64,000 bases of DNA from Octopus vulgaris (taxonomy: Eukaryota). Numbering within the stretch: position 1 is the first letter of the stretch; every line of letters starts with the position of its first letter. Location of the stretch: positions 125,550,001 to 125,614,000 of the forward strand of contig OX597815.1 of the NCBI GenBank assembly GCA_951406725.2. Reading direction: 5' to 3'. The notes under the pieces were generated by a model, which had not been told where the DNA came from, searched no databases, and was given only the letters and a program-made list of their open reading frames with translations. A program made the position numbers and the translations under genes. This document shows positions 40,336 to 54,250 of this stretch, piece after piece.

Positions 40336-40549
40336 AATACCTATATGCAAATATGTTTGTATGTATGTATGTATGTATGTATGTATGTATGTATGTATAT
40401 ATATATATCGATATACGTTTATCACATCAAGTTGCTCCCGTAGGATTTCTGTCTCAGTATCTGAAGCATTTACAAACGTATGTGCTTTTAAATATGAATA
40501 TGGCGACATATATGTAAATGTGTGTGTGAGCGCGTGTGTGCGTGTGTAT

Positions 40550-40590
<41 letters not shown>

Positions 40591-41230
40591 AAGAAAGAAA
40601 GAAGGAAAGAGAGGGAGATAAGCAGAGGTAGATAGATAGAGCGATAGAGATATACATACATCTATATTTATATATTTAAATGTATGTGTATACATGCGTG
40701 GATATTTCAGTGTACGTATCTATATGTATGCATACACGCGCGTGTGTCTGTGTGTGTGTGTGTGTGTGTCTGTGTATGTGTGTACTTGTTTGTTACACTT
40801 CTGGCAAAAAATGTCTGGATACGAATAGTAAATATATGTCTAAATATGTTTTGATATAAAGATAACGACTAAGTATCTGCTTGGTATATTTGCAAGTAAC
40901 AAAATTTAATTAATTTATGATGTATGAATGATGAAATATTATTTCACACTTTCATCTTGTATTTGACATTTCTGATATTGCAAGGAACATCAATATTTTA
41001 TTAATTTTATTGACATGTTATTTGGGGAAAAAATGGACTAAAAATTGTTACTATATGAGGCAATGGACTTATGTCTAGGAAGAGATCAACTCAATTAAGT
41101 TATGTCTTAGTTTTGTTAGACCGGTGGATAAAAGCATAAGGCAGATCTTATTCTACAAATTATTCGAAATGATCATTTGATTCATCACTTATCTTTGCAC
41201 TTTCATTTATATCTACCGCTGCTATACAAG

Positions 41231-41530
41231 TGTTGTATCCTTACGCCCCCAATATCGTAGTACGGTTGCTATTGTCGACGATAGACAAAGAATACACTGT
41301 AACAGAGTTATAAACAATACAAGATAGAAACAGCGGCAGTACCAAACGTAACGAACCAACAATCTTTTATTATCCAACAACCAATATTTCCAACACACTA
41401 ACTCGATCTGTAAACTGTACCTGGACTTTGAAAACCAAACTACAAACTACCGACTACGTCAGACCGCTACTATTTATATGTAGTGCTCCCGTCTATTCTC
41501 GTCACAGGGTGTTGTACTCTTGCTACAGCA
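41231..41530 (-). repeat. 3' LTR (300 bp)
   Basis: Direct repeat of 45418-45700; adjacent to the PPT. Confidence 0.9.
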
Positions 41531-41607
41531 TCTCTCCTTTTGAGATTTCGAGTTCTGAAGGAATAAATAAATTTTATTAATCATTATTATTTTTTTTAGT
41601 ATCTTTT

Positions 41608-44600
41608 TCACTTGGGCCTTATCTCAAGGTGTTCGGTCTGTTTTCGTTTTCTCAAGCTGGTTCTACGGGACTCCATTACTTTCGGTTTTGGGACATCGAA
41701 TACATCAAAAAATACTTCCATAAGAATTTCTCTTCGTTCTACGGTATGTCTCTTCTTTAGCTGATTTATGTGTCTCTTATGTTTCCAGTGTGGTCTTCTA
41801 ATTACATACATCATACTTCTTATTCTTTAGGTTACAAGACCATCCTCCCAGACTTCTTTACCATTTCTGTAGGTTTTAAAGCGCACTTTATCTCCTACTT
41901 CTAAATATTTCGTTGCATCTTTCGTATTTTCTTAACATCTATTTTTCGCTGGCAATAACTTATCAAAAATCGATTTTATTCTTCTCGCGAACATCAACTC
42001 TGTGGGTGACTTTCTGGAATTTGTACTTGGATTGGAAGTTACTCTCTATATATCCTGAAGAATTTTGTTAGTGACTTGTCGTTACTCAATTCGTTCCTAG
42101 CTTTTCTTAACGTTCTTTTGAAAGTAACCACGAATCTTTATACCTGCCCTCTTGACCTCAGGTGGAGGGTGGAGTGAAAATATGCGTTAGCGTTTGCATT
42201 TTACAGAGTTTTTGAATTCATACCCCAAGAATATTTCGTTGCATCTTTCCATTATCGGAAACTAACGTATCTGGAACATCGTATCGCGCAAATAAATTTT
42301 TATAAGAACTTCATAGTTGTCTTAGCGGTTGGTTTATTGCACCTGCATACCTCTAGCCACTTTGTACAGCTGTCTACTACGGCTAGATAGTAAGCGTCGT
42401 TCACCGGTCTGGCATAGTTGATATGTAATATAGACCATGGGCTCTTAGTCTCCGATTGATTTTTACCCGTGGGGCTTTAGCCGCGAGTGCGCAACCTCGA
42501 CAAATTCTCTCCAAATTTTCGATATCCCGGTCCATAGTCGGCCAATAGAGCTAGGTCCTCATCAGAGCTTTCATCCTTGATATTCCCGGGTTTCCACTGT
42601 GGAATTGCTGCAATACAGGTTTTTGTAATGTAGTCGGTACTACAACTCATTGTGCATATATCAGAATATCGTCGCATATTGAGAAACTACTCGATTTTGT
42701 ATTTTTATTCTGCTTTTTTTTAAAAAAAAGCTTCTTTAATTTTTGCAATATAGTCATCGCCTACAAATTTCATTCTGATATCAGGTGCAGCAATCGGCAG
42801 TTCTTGGATAACGTTAGTCATAATACTTTTCATTTCATTTTCTGCTTGCGGTGCGGCTATCACGGTATCTTCTAGTGGTTCCATATTCTGGGGAATTACT
42901 CTCGATAGACAGTCCACATCACTAATTTTTTGAAATTGTAATTTAGTGATATTATACCTCAACGTTGTAGTCGGTTCGCTGTATGGATAGGTAACCCTTT
43001 CTTTGACCCATAAATTGCAAGTAATGGTCGATAATCTGTTTGTAACAGAAAACTTCTACCATGTAGAAACCTGTGAAATTTTTTTTACAGCAAAGATAAT
43101 CGATAGGAGTTCTTTTTCTATCTGACTGCTTAGCAAGTGCGAAATATGAAACACTGGTTTCGTACTTCTATCTTTATACTTGAGTAGCAAAACTTCTATT
43201 CCGTACTCCGAAGCATCAGACACTACAACAATTTCCATTTCAGGATCGAAATGCGCTAGAGACAAATCTGCGATTAGAATTTTTTTTTTCTTCAAACGCA
43301 TTTTGCCATTTGACCGACCAATTCCACATTACTTCCTTTTTTTAATAAGTCATTCAATGGAGCTTTTAATTTGTGCATGTAAAGAATTTAGTTTTGGTAG
43401 TAATTTGGTACATTTGTCGGAGTAGGCATATTCTTTATTGCGTCCGCCCTCGACGAGTCAGGCCGTCTGCAATTTTTATCGACTATTGGCCTAAAGTACC
43501 CAATTTGAGTCAAAAAGAATTCGCATTTTCTTCACTCGAAGTGAACCCTTACTCTTTAATTTTCTTGAACACAGTTTTTATATGCTCCACATGCTGTTCA
43601 TGCAAATTACTCTTAATCAATATAAGGAATTGCAAATTCACAATCAGATAACATAGCGTCCATGATTTGCTAAAATATTGCCGGTGCAGCCTTTAATCCA
43701 AAAGGTAACCGGGTATGTCTATACAATCTTCTATGTGTATTTATTGTCAGATACTTTGAGCATTTGTCATTTACTTTAATCTGCAAATAAGCGTCAGACA
43801 GATCCAATTTGGAGAAAATTTTTCCACCATTTAATTTTGCAAAAATGTCCTCGGGAGCCGCGAGTGGATGGTGGCGTGTCTTTAAGCAATCGTTGTCCTG
43901 TAGAGAAATCGGCACACAGCCTAATCTTATTATTTTTTTTTAATGCACACCCTGGGCACCGCCCACTTAGAGTAATCCATCTTTTTGATGATTCTACTTT
44001 TTTTCAAATCTGTCCAACGATTTCACTTGCCGCCAACGGTACTTCTCTGTTAGATTTAAATACAGGCACAATAGTTTCACTTACTTGAAAGCAGGCTTCA
44101 GTCTTTTTACATAGATCTATGTCGTCCGATAGTACTTGAAGAAACAACTTTTTCAATTTTCTCTTCAATTCCTAAGACGATTTATTTTTAACGGGACAAC
44201 CATTTATATTTTTGCAGTAGAGACTTATGGGGAGGTACCATAAGTCAAATAACTCCATCCAATCTGTACTAAACAAATTGATTGTAATTCTTCACAATGA
44301 ATATTTTTGCTTCGCGTGTTTCTCCTCGAAACGTGGCTCCTGTACACATTTTGCCCATGAAATGTAATTTATCACCCGTCACGCCAAGCGCAATTTTCGC
44401 TGTTTTACGTAACCTCGGTTTCCCGATTTTTCTCCATGTATCTGCATTTATGATTGAAATATCCGTATCCAACTGTAGTTTGATATTTACACTATTTATT
44501 TTTACATTTACGAATTTTCTTGTTTTTGTGTCGCATTTACTTTCTGCTGAAAACACCTTAGAACTTTTTGCGATCGACCCTCGTAAACTTGTCCTGCAGT

Positions 44601-45330
44601 GTGATCTCTTGTGACCAAGTTTCTGACAACTATACCATTTCCGGTTTTAAACGGGGGCAATTGCTCTTTTTTGGTTGTAGGTTCCGGGTCGACTCATCTG
44701 CATTTTTGCGGAATCTTTCTCTTGAATTTTTTCATGTGTTTCAGGTTTACTATTCTTTGACATTCTTCTGCAATGGCCTGTAGGGTTAAGTCTTGGTTCG
44801 CTTGCTCCATTTTTCAGAGAATCCTTACCCGAATTTCTATATCTTCGGTTGCTGTAAGGCCTTGTACAAAGATAAGGGATTTAAACATATCCTGAGTGAA
44901 TTCCAACATTCCATTCGAGTGTTAGATAACGAACTTTTGTCACAAAAGATCGTTCATAGTAATTCAATAGTTTCTTGGAAACGAATATCACTCGACTTTT
45001 TGGGCAATATAAAGTTACAGCAACTTTCATGCTTTGCCCGAGCTACCTGGCTTAGTAATAGCCTCACTTTCTCCTCGTCCGACCATGACTTGCAATCTTT
45101 GTTAAAAATTTCCTCGTACATTCTATAGTAGGCAGGAACGTAATACCTTCCTCCAGATTATAAGTGAATTCAGAAATCAAGTTCGCCACGCCGTCTGGCG
45201 TAAACGAATTTACCGAATTTTCGGACTTCCTTAGCTGTAACTCAATTAACTGTTATTGTCGTTGTAGTATTTTCTTCTGCAACTCCTGTAGTTGTTTCTG
45301 TTGCTTCTCTTGAAGCTGTGTTACTGTAGA
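41608..45330 (-). pseudogene. gag-pol pseudogene of the gypsy element
   Basis: Fragmented ORFs 44269..44556 (PR), 43670..43915 (RT), 43056..43301 (RH), 41608..41814 (IN C-terminus). Confidence 0.88.
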
Positions 45331-45417
45331 TAATAGGTTCTCGATAATTTAACAATTTGTATGGCGCACAAATTGTCAATTATCCTACGTGAGCTTCGAA
45401 AAATCCTCGTCGCCAGA

Positions 45418-45700
45418 TGTTATATCCTTATGCCTCAAATAGTGTAGTACGGTTGCTATTGTCGACGGTAGATAAAGAATACACTGAAACAGTGTTATAA
45501 CAATACAAGACAGAAACAGTGGCAGTAACAAACACGTAACGGACCAACAATCAATATTCCCAACACACTAACTCTAACTGTAAACTGTACCTGGACTTTG
45601 AAAACCAAACTACGAACTTCCGACTACGTCAGACCGATACTATTTATATATAGTGATCTCGTCTATTCTCGTCAAAAGGTGTCGTACTCTCGCGACAACA
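45418..45700 (-). repeat. 5' LTR (283 bp)
   Basis: Adjacent to the PBS at 45404-45415. Confidence 0.9.
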
Positions 45701-46497
45701 AGTATTGTTGCTAGCAACGGTAAAATGCTGCACAAATTGAATAAGACGTCGAATGCTGGAGGACTAAAATTTAGTTGCAAGACATCCGTAAGTATAGTCG
45801 GCGTTTCTGCAAGAAGAGCTAGAGTTGGGATAATGTCTAAAGATACAACCATGAAAATATTATTTGAATATCATGGAGAAGTTTCTTACTTGTATATTCA
45901 CCCATAATTACATAATATTCGAACAGGAGAGTACAAACTGCCATTCTGCTGTATGCGTGAATGACTGGTTTTAAATTAACTATATTGTTCTATTAGATAA
46001 ATGGTCAGGAGCATCCCCTAACTTGAACCCTACAGATAATGCCTTGATATCAAGTAAAAACTTTGGTGCTTATAATGGTTCATCAGTTTTATGGTTAAAA
46101 GCCGGCCTAAGTGTATTTACAGCAGTATCATGTGTGTATGTGTGTGCGTATGTGTGTGTGTGCGTGCGTGTGAGTGTGTGTGTATGTGTGTGTGTGTGTG
46201 AGTGTGTGTGTGTGGGTGGGTGTGTATGTGTGTGTAGGTATGCATGTTCATTGATTCTTTTACATGTTCCAGTCATTACACCACGGTGAAGTTGGGACAT
46301 AGCTTTAAAGGATATTCATTTAAATTTGGTGCTTACATAATCGATTTATATTCTTCGAACCGCTAGTCACGAACAGAGAGCACCGATTTTCAAGCGGCGT
46401 GACTATAAAGGAAGATACACGCACATTTACTTACACACAAACATACATACATGCATGTGTACATACATGCATACATACATACATGCATACATACATG

Positions 46498-46558
<61 letters not shown>

Positions 46559-47149
46559 TTCTGCTCAGTATCCGTTAACGACCAAATTTTATTTCTAAGC
46601 ATTATTCACTCTGCGACTATAAGACTTGAGTAGAAAGCACTTGTCCAAGATACCAAACAGTGAAATCGAACCTAAAACCATGTGGTTGCAAAGCGAAATT
46701 CTCTCTCTCTCTCTCTCTCGCTCTCTCTCTCTCACACATACACCCACTCAATTAATCACATATGCACATAATGTTACACACATACACATGTATGGATATT
46801 CATCATATAATATAGGTCTGGAGTTATTAACCGATATGTGTTACATTTCAAAAAGGATTAATCTTCGTCCAAAGTCGCCTGGATAATGTGTCTGATGCCA
46901 GCACATTGTCATTTATGGATATAATATTTATCGCTCTTTGCCATCTCAGGGGAAGCAACAGACTATGCTTGGACATTTCAGCTAGCAGCTAAATGTCATG
47001 GTCAGTACGCGATCGTTAGTTAGCAATGTAATTCTTTCGTTTTGTTACCAACTAGATACTGATATCTCCAACGCTTTTCTTTTTTGTTTTAGCTGATTCA
47101 AAACTTTGTCAGTTCTGATAATGCTAAAGCACTATGTTATGCATTGTAC

Positions 47150-47570
47150 TGTATTGCGATTAGTGTCTCTCTCTTTTCTTTTTCAGAGGTTGTTTGTGTC
47201 TGAGTTTTGCAGGCAAATCACTGAGTTACTGGAAGTTGTTCTCTGTGAAATACAAACCTACTAAACATGTCTAGTTTTGGAGATTATTGAGAAACTTATG
47301 TGGGTTTTGTTGAAAATCTTCAGCGGGAGATATTGTTACCAGCATTTTCAACAGATTGTCATCTGAGTAAATATTTGAAACTTAGCACAGTACCTACAGG
47401 TTCTTTATTTATTCAATATGTTATGGAGACTTTTGGCACGTTAATGTTAGAATCTTCTAATGATGGCATTTCTACGTGTAGAGTTTCAAAGTTTGGTTTC
47501 GAGCGGCTGAGATGTTTCCAGGTCTCTGTAAACATGTTTGTAGTCTTTCTAGCGAGTATATTCATCTCGA
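47150..47570 (-). mobile_element. Highly decayed LINE reverse transcriptase fragment
   Basis: Minus strand INKEPVGTVLSFKYL resembles the LINE RT IxINxxxxExVxxFKYLG motif. Confidence 0.45.
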
Positions 47571-49141
47571 AGAATTAGGGTACCAGAAGTGTTGCCAGTA
47601 ATCTTAGAATTAAGTAGTAACTGTAAGCAATACGCGTAGAATCACTACCGTTAGGAAAATTCTCAGGATAAAAATTGAGATACAACTTGTGAGTACGAAA
47701 CGCAAGTATCAACAAATGTATAGTTATTCCAAAGCTCCGACCTGATTCTATCTGGGATTGACTCTATGTCAGATATTTCACTGAATACATCCTTCTTATA
47801 TCATGGATTATCAACTTTGTTGAGACGAACCTGGCAGTTGTATTCTAGACACTGGTTGACTGACCATCTTTAGTCACATCTGACAGTTTATGGATAAAAA
47901 AAAAAGTTCAAGAACACTACCTTATGAGACACCAATAACAAGAAATTTCAATGAAAGCAATTTATTAGTTGTCATCAGTTGCTGCTTGTTTGTAACATAA
48001 AACCCCTCAGTTCAAATTTGTCGAAAACCTTGCAAAGTCTAATTAAATACAATCGATATCGGAACTATAGTGCAAAAATTGGATGATTACTACCCAAAAA
48101 CTTATTGCTCCCTCGACAATTAAACAAAAGCTGGACAGGCCGTTCTTTTTAGTATTATAGTTATGAACTATGTTTGAAGTAGAATTAATTATTTAGATGT
48201 GTCCTGTTTCCTGGTTTGATTTGTCTCTTTCAAAATCATTTCAAGTTTGCAACATCTAGAAACTTCTTAGCTTTTATTTATTGTATTATATATTTATTAA
48301 TAAGTTCGTTTTGAAGTTAACATAGTTATTAGTCATCTGTGCATAACTGAATAGTATTAGTATGTAGCCCTATGTTATACTATGATTAAAGGTATTCCAA
48401 ACATGATCATGTAGTTCTTTCAGGAATAGATTATCTCAGTCTGGGAATTTGAAGATTAGGTGACTATTTCTAGCAGGAGGGGCGACCACATAGAGAATAT
48501 CTGTTAGCTCGATAGAATTAATTTAAGGAGTTAGGTATTGGACTTTGGTGCTGAGCTCGAATGGAGACAGTGAATATGTAATTTAAACAGATTCTTAGTA
48601 ACATAATTGTGATCTGGGTGACATAGCAATACAAATTTCATAAAAGCTGAGTCTACAGCAGGTTTGAAGAGAAATATCCGTGCGAATTTCGAACTTTATA
48701 TTAAAACTGCGGCGAATCTAACTAATGAAGGAGAGAAAAAATAAAGTAAAAACAAACATTAGCTCTAGCTCTATCTGTGTTTCCTTCCTTGTATGCGTAT
48801 GTTTGAATGCTTGCTTATTCTTCTTTTAGCTATTAGACAGCGGCCATGTAGTAGCATCACCTTGAAGGGTTTTAGTTGATAAAATCAGTCTATATTCGCT
48901 ATAACAGCTATGTGAATCACCCCTTCTTCCGGTCGATATAATTCAACGTTTGAATGCATACATACGTACACACATACATGCATACATACATACATGCATG
49001 CATACATATGTACATACATACATACATACACACATACACACATATACACATACATACATGCATACATAGATACATAGATAGATACATACATCACACATAC
49101 ACACATACATACATGCATACATACATACATACAAACATACA

Positions 49142-49175
<34 letters not shown>

Positions 49176-49387
49176 CATACATACATACATACATACACTT
49201 GGTTTCGTGATTAAATGCTTAAGTGACAATTTGGATAAGCTAAGTTTTTCAGGAGAGAAAAAAAAAAACAACAACCAATTAACTCGCTCAATGAAAATAC
49301 AATCTGAAAGTGGAACATTAAAAATATACAAAACTTTCAATGCTTAAAATGTGACATTCTTTTGTTATCTACATTTCATCGATGGAG

Positions 49388-49446
<59 letters not shown>

Positions 49447-49452
<6 letters not shown>

Positions 49453-49643
49453 TGGTGGTTGTCTACTCCTTATGTAGAGTTTGGCCCCCTCCTGTACCTA
49501 CACCTTAGCACCATCATGGTATCTGATGTGGCTTTTTAAACAAGACAATGTTTTGAAAAGACATCCACATAGATTGCACCTCCGATTTGGACTACCAAGA
49601 GCTGCAGATAAATTCTGTTCTTTGTGGATCTTAAAATGTGTGT

Positions 49644-49679
<36 letters not shown>

Positions 49680-49878
49680 ACACACACACACACATTTTAA
49701 GATCCACAAAGAGCAGAATTTATCTGCAGCTCTTGGTAGTCCAAATCGGAGGTGCAATCTATGTGGATGTCTTTTCAAAACATTGTCTTGTTTAAAAAGC
49801 CACATCAGATACCATGATGGTGCTAAGGTGTAGGTACAGGAGGGGGCCAAACTCTGCATAAGGAGTAGACAACCACCA

Positions 49879-49884
<6 letters not shown>
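49447..49884. repeat. Near-perfect palindrome made of two head-to-head RTE-like LINE 3' ends
   Basis: ~190-bp arms with 2 mismatches seen; each encodes CNLCGCLFKTLSCLKSHIRYH (C2H2 finger) then a stop; centre (TG)n-TA-(CA)n; (TA)n outside. Confidence 0.92.
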
Positions 49885-49930
<46 letters not shown>

Positions 49931-49967
49931 CATATATATATATAGACATTATATAAATATAAATATT

Positions 49968-51080
49968 TCATGACTGCCAACTCCTGACCGAGGAACCATC
50001 ACTAGCCATTAAGACCATTGTGTACTCAGACAAATTTATGCTTTACACTTGTGGCGCTGCTGGTGATTAATGAGTCCAGCACTTCATAAACAGACATGTT
50101 CACAGATAAGTAGACCAATTTTGCCCCATTTATTCCACTGGCAGTGCGTTTTTGCGCAGCTTGCTTCAATTCAGCATGAAAAATATATGTTGTTGTCGAA
50201 AATACCGACTCCTTCTTTTACTTGTTTCTATCATTGGTGGCGATGACAAGTTTTGCTTTCCATATTGCCCTCCCATATCGAACATACCTTAAACGAGGAC
50301 TTTAAATAATCCTTAAATCGTAGTCTTGATTTCTGTTAGCGGTGCTTTCAAGAAAGAAGTTCGCTATATAGCATCTGCTTAGAGATCTTCTAATCTTTCA
50401 TCCGAACAAAGTGTCCAGTCCAACGTAAACGTTACTTGTGCGCCATCGCCCCAATGCTCATGATGTTGGCTCATCCCAAAGCCTCTGTGTCTGGAGTCCG
50501 CATGGACCAGCTAACATACAGGATGTGTTTCACACGTCTCCGCTGGACACTTACATTATGCCTGTAAAAGACCTATGTCTTACATAAATAAACGAGCCCC
50601 GTCAGAGTACACGCACGGCACATCACAGCAAATTTTGTTCGCCTTGTGATGCTGTGTTGGGATCTGATACGAAAACCAAGAGCCCTGAAAGAATCAATTG
50701 CCTCTTGAAGCCTTAAAGATATTTCATCATTCAATGTGTATGTTGCCCAGCTTGACAAACCTGTCTACCACTTTCAGTACTGTGCCTCCAATTATAAAAG
50801 TCGGTTTTGCATACGGGTTGCCTGGCGCAGACTGGAATATTACAACAGTCTTGTCCAAGCTAACAGTCCAAATGCCTTGCAAGATGCAGAAGTATGATAC
50901 ATGAGAATTTGCATATCACCCCATGTATGAGCAAGTAAGTCGCAATAATCCATATAAAGTAGGTCACGAATAAGAGATTGTAAAACTTTCGAATTGGCAG
51001 TAAATCGACGTAGGTTGAAGAGACGACAGATGCAGAAGTGTATAAGCAGAATATGGATCTTTTCCAGATTTTCATTGAAA
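49968..51080 (-). mobile_element. 5'-truncated RTE LINE (RT to 3' UTR)
   Basis: [13 protein letters not shown]...IRDLLYMDYCDLLAH...CKAFGL (YADD region) and a C-terminal zinc-finger remnant. Confidence 0.85.
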
Positions 51081-51104
51081 TGTATATATACATACATACA
51101 TACA

Positions 51105-51202
<98 letters not shown>

Positions 51203-51240
51203 TCATATTATATCATATCATATATATATATCGTCTGTGT

Positions 51241-51569
51241 GAAGGCGCATGGCTCAGTGGTTAGAGCGTCGAGCTTACGATCGTGAGGTTGAGAGCTCGA
51301 ATCCCGGACCGGGTTGCGTGTTGTGTTCTTGAGCAAGACACTTTATTTCACGTTGCTCCAGTTCACTCCGCTGTAGAAATGAGTTGCGACGTCACAAGCT
51401 GTATCGGCCTTTGCCTTTCCCTTGGATGACACAGGTGGCGTGGAGAGGGGAAACCAGTATGCATGGGCGACTGCTGGTCTTCCATAAACAACCTAGCTCG
51501 GACTTGTACCTGGGAGGATAACTTTTTAGGTGCAATCCCATAGTCTATGTCGTGACCGAAGGGGGTCTC
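51241..51569 (+). mobile_element. tRNA-derived SINE
   Basis: gaaggcgcatggctcagtggttagagcg head; near-duplicate of 51766-52101. Confidence 0.88.
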
Positions 51570-51765
51570 AGATATATCGTCTGTAAAAAACATGAACCCG
51601 AAAGAAGAAGCACGCTCTAAGATATAGAGCAGTATAAAACCTCTGATCCAACAGGTTTTGGGATCTGACGATACGCCATAAAGCTAAACCCTTTATGGAC
51701 GGGAAGCCTAAGGTAATCCTATAAACCGGCCTTCCCCATTTATACACATACATACAAATATATGT

Positions 51766-52101
51766 GAAGGCGCGTGGCTTAGTGGTTAGAGCGTCGAGCT
51801 TACGATCGTGAGGTTGTGAGCTCGAATCCCGGACCGGGCTGCGTGTTGTGTTCTTGAGCAAGACACTTTATTTCACGTTGCTCCAGTTCACTCAGCTGTA
51901 GAAATGAGTTGCGACGTCACAGGTGCCAAGTTGTATCGGCCCTTGCCTTTCCCTTGGACAACATCGGTGACGTGGAGAGGGAAGGCCGGTATGCATGGGC
52001 GACTGCTGGTCTTCTATGAAACAACCTTGCCCAGACTTGTGCCCCAGAGAGTAACTCTCTAGGTGCAAACCCATGGTCAGTGTCTGACCGAAGGGGGTCT
52101 C
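51766..52101 (+). mobile_element. tRNA-derived SINE
   Basis: Same family as 51241-51569; TA tail. Confidence 0.88.
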
Positions 52102-52106
52102 GATAT

Positions 52107-52170
<64 letters not shown>

Positions 52171-52737
52171 TATATATTTGAATATACATACATATGCATG
52201 TATATTCTTAGTATCCAGCAGATGCTACATTGAAACAGACTTTTCTATCTCTCCATTTCAAAATTCAACGCTTTCATTATTAGTTAGTTTTAACTCATAT
52301 GCCATTGTAAGAAGAATGTTATTGTTGGTGCGTTAAAGCTAATAAATTCTCTCAACATTTACTAAACGAACTTAAACTAAATAATGTAGCACCGAGAATA
52401 AAGAATTGTTTTTTAAATGACAAAACAATATTGTAATCAATCTTTTCTACCTAACTTGGGCATTTCTTTAGTAATAATAAAAAGAAAGTAGAATGGTAAG
52501 CAATCCGAATTCAGATGAGAATCAAGAAAATTGGAAATTCTTTAAGATTATAATGACAATAATAATCTTAAACTTTTGAGTATAAGTTTAAATACGTACG
52601 TAGATGCGGAATAGCACTGTGTCTAATTATATTGTGACTAGTCACAACGACTATATACCTTGCCTATCTAGATCAAGGATCTTGAAATATTCCTCCATGA
52701 TAACTCTTCTGATTTTGAAAAAAAAGTTATCGATATG

Positions 52738-53175
52738 GGCGCAGGAGTGGTTGTGTAGTTAATGAGCTCGATTTGCAGTTATGTGGTTTCAGGTTCAGTC
52801 CCACTGTGCAGTACCTTGGGCGAGTGTCTTCTACTATAGCCCGGGTCAACAAATACCATGTGAGAAGATTTGGAAGATGGAAATTGTATGGAAGACTGTC
52901 ATGTGTGTATGTGTGTATGAATGTGTGTACATATGTATGTATATACGTGTGTATGTGTTTATATGTGTGTGCGTGTGTGTTTGTATTTGTCACCCCACCG
53001 TTTGACAATTGGTTTGGTTTGTTCACGCCCTTGTAACATAGCAGTTCGGCAAAAGCGGCCAATAGAGTTAATACCAGACTTAAAAATAGATAATGGTGTC
53101 GATTTGTTTGACTATATCCTTTAATATAGCCACAGACCAGCATGACCGCTGTCTAGCATGGCTGCAGTCTAATGA
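52738..53175 (+). mobile_element. SINE with an internal (TG)n tract
   Basis: ggcgcaggagtggttgtgtag head and ggttcagtcccactg B-box; reverse copy at ~61975-62330. Confidence 0.65.
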
Positions 53176-53521
53176 ATGAAACGAATAGATGCTGAATGGA
53201 AAGAAAATAAAAGAATCCACTTGGAAATAATATAACCTGTCTATTCATTTTCAATTATTGAAAAAATTGGAATAAAATATTAAAACTGTATTTCAGTTTT
53301 ATCAAATCTATGTTTTTGTTAAACAATGGGCGATCGACTAGCGAAAAGTCTTTCTCACCATTAATGGGATGTTGTTGATGAAGATGCTGACGATGATATT
53401 GTTGAAGTTGTATATCCCAAATCAGCCCAGGTCGATTAATCTTATGATCTAATCTTAAGATCTATAAGCAATTCGTTTTTGTGCATGTAGCCTTAAAGAA
53501 AAAAAAGAAAGAATGAAAACT

Positions 53522-53815
53522 GGCCCTCCGTCAGTTACGACGACAAAAGTTCGGCGTGCTCGTGAAATTTACATGCTAGTGGCTGAGCATTCCACAGAAA
53601 CACGTACCCTTAACGTAGTTCTCAGGGAGATTCAGCGTGACACCGAATATGACAAGGCTGGCTCTTTGAAATACAAGTACTGCTCATTTTTGCCAAGTGA
53701 GTGAACTAGAACAAGAGGAAGCAAAAGTTTTTGTTCAAGGATACAGCACACCACCAGGAATCGAACTCACCTTACGATTGTGAGCCGAGTACCCTAACCA
53801 CTAAGCCAGGCGCTT
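53522..53815 (-). mobile_element. tRNA-derived SINE
   Basis: Reverse complement of the gcctggcttagtggttaggg...ttcgattcctgg head. Confidence 0.65.
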
Positions 53816-54182
53816 TCAATTGCAGCCTTATTTCATCGTTCAGTGCATCACATTCTTAAGACAGTAACAACCGAGAGACATGAGAGACATTTAGTTGATA
53901 TTTCCAGCAGGTCGAGTATGGAGTATGGTTCGAAAAATTAATGGGTAGTTTCACGAGCTAAGAAAATAAGCATAAATGTTCAGCTACCCCTAATGAGATC
54001 TGTTGTTTGGCAACCACTGGTGGAGAATGTATCGTTCCGTATCTTAAGACCAGGTTACTGCTGCTGATTAACCTGAATATCTCAACACTCTTATGGTTGC
54101 TGCCTATTCTTGAAGTCTAGACAGTCTGACTATATATTAATTCCAACAGATTATTAATAAGAATATAATACACATATGCACA

Positions 54183-54250
<68 letters not shown>

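Larger units (their letters stand above)
41231..45700 (-). mobile_element. Decayed Ty3/gypsy (Mag-like) LTR retrotransposon
   Basis: Two TG...CA LTRs; PBS tggcgacgagga next to the 5' LTR; PPT aaaaggagaga next to the 3' LTR; protease (LQLDT), RT (FSKLDLSDAYLQI, RLPFG), RNase H (SDASEYGI) and integrase remnants in gypsy order. Confidence 0.93.

Noticed and set aside
49498-49833. Two host C2H2 zinc-finger genes
   Set aside because: Mirror copies of a LINE C-terminal finger; the start codons come from the (TG)n tract.
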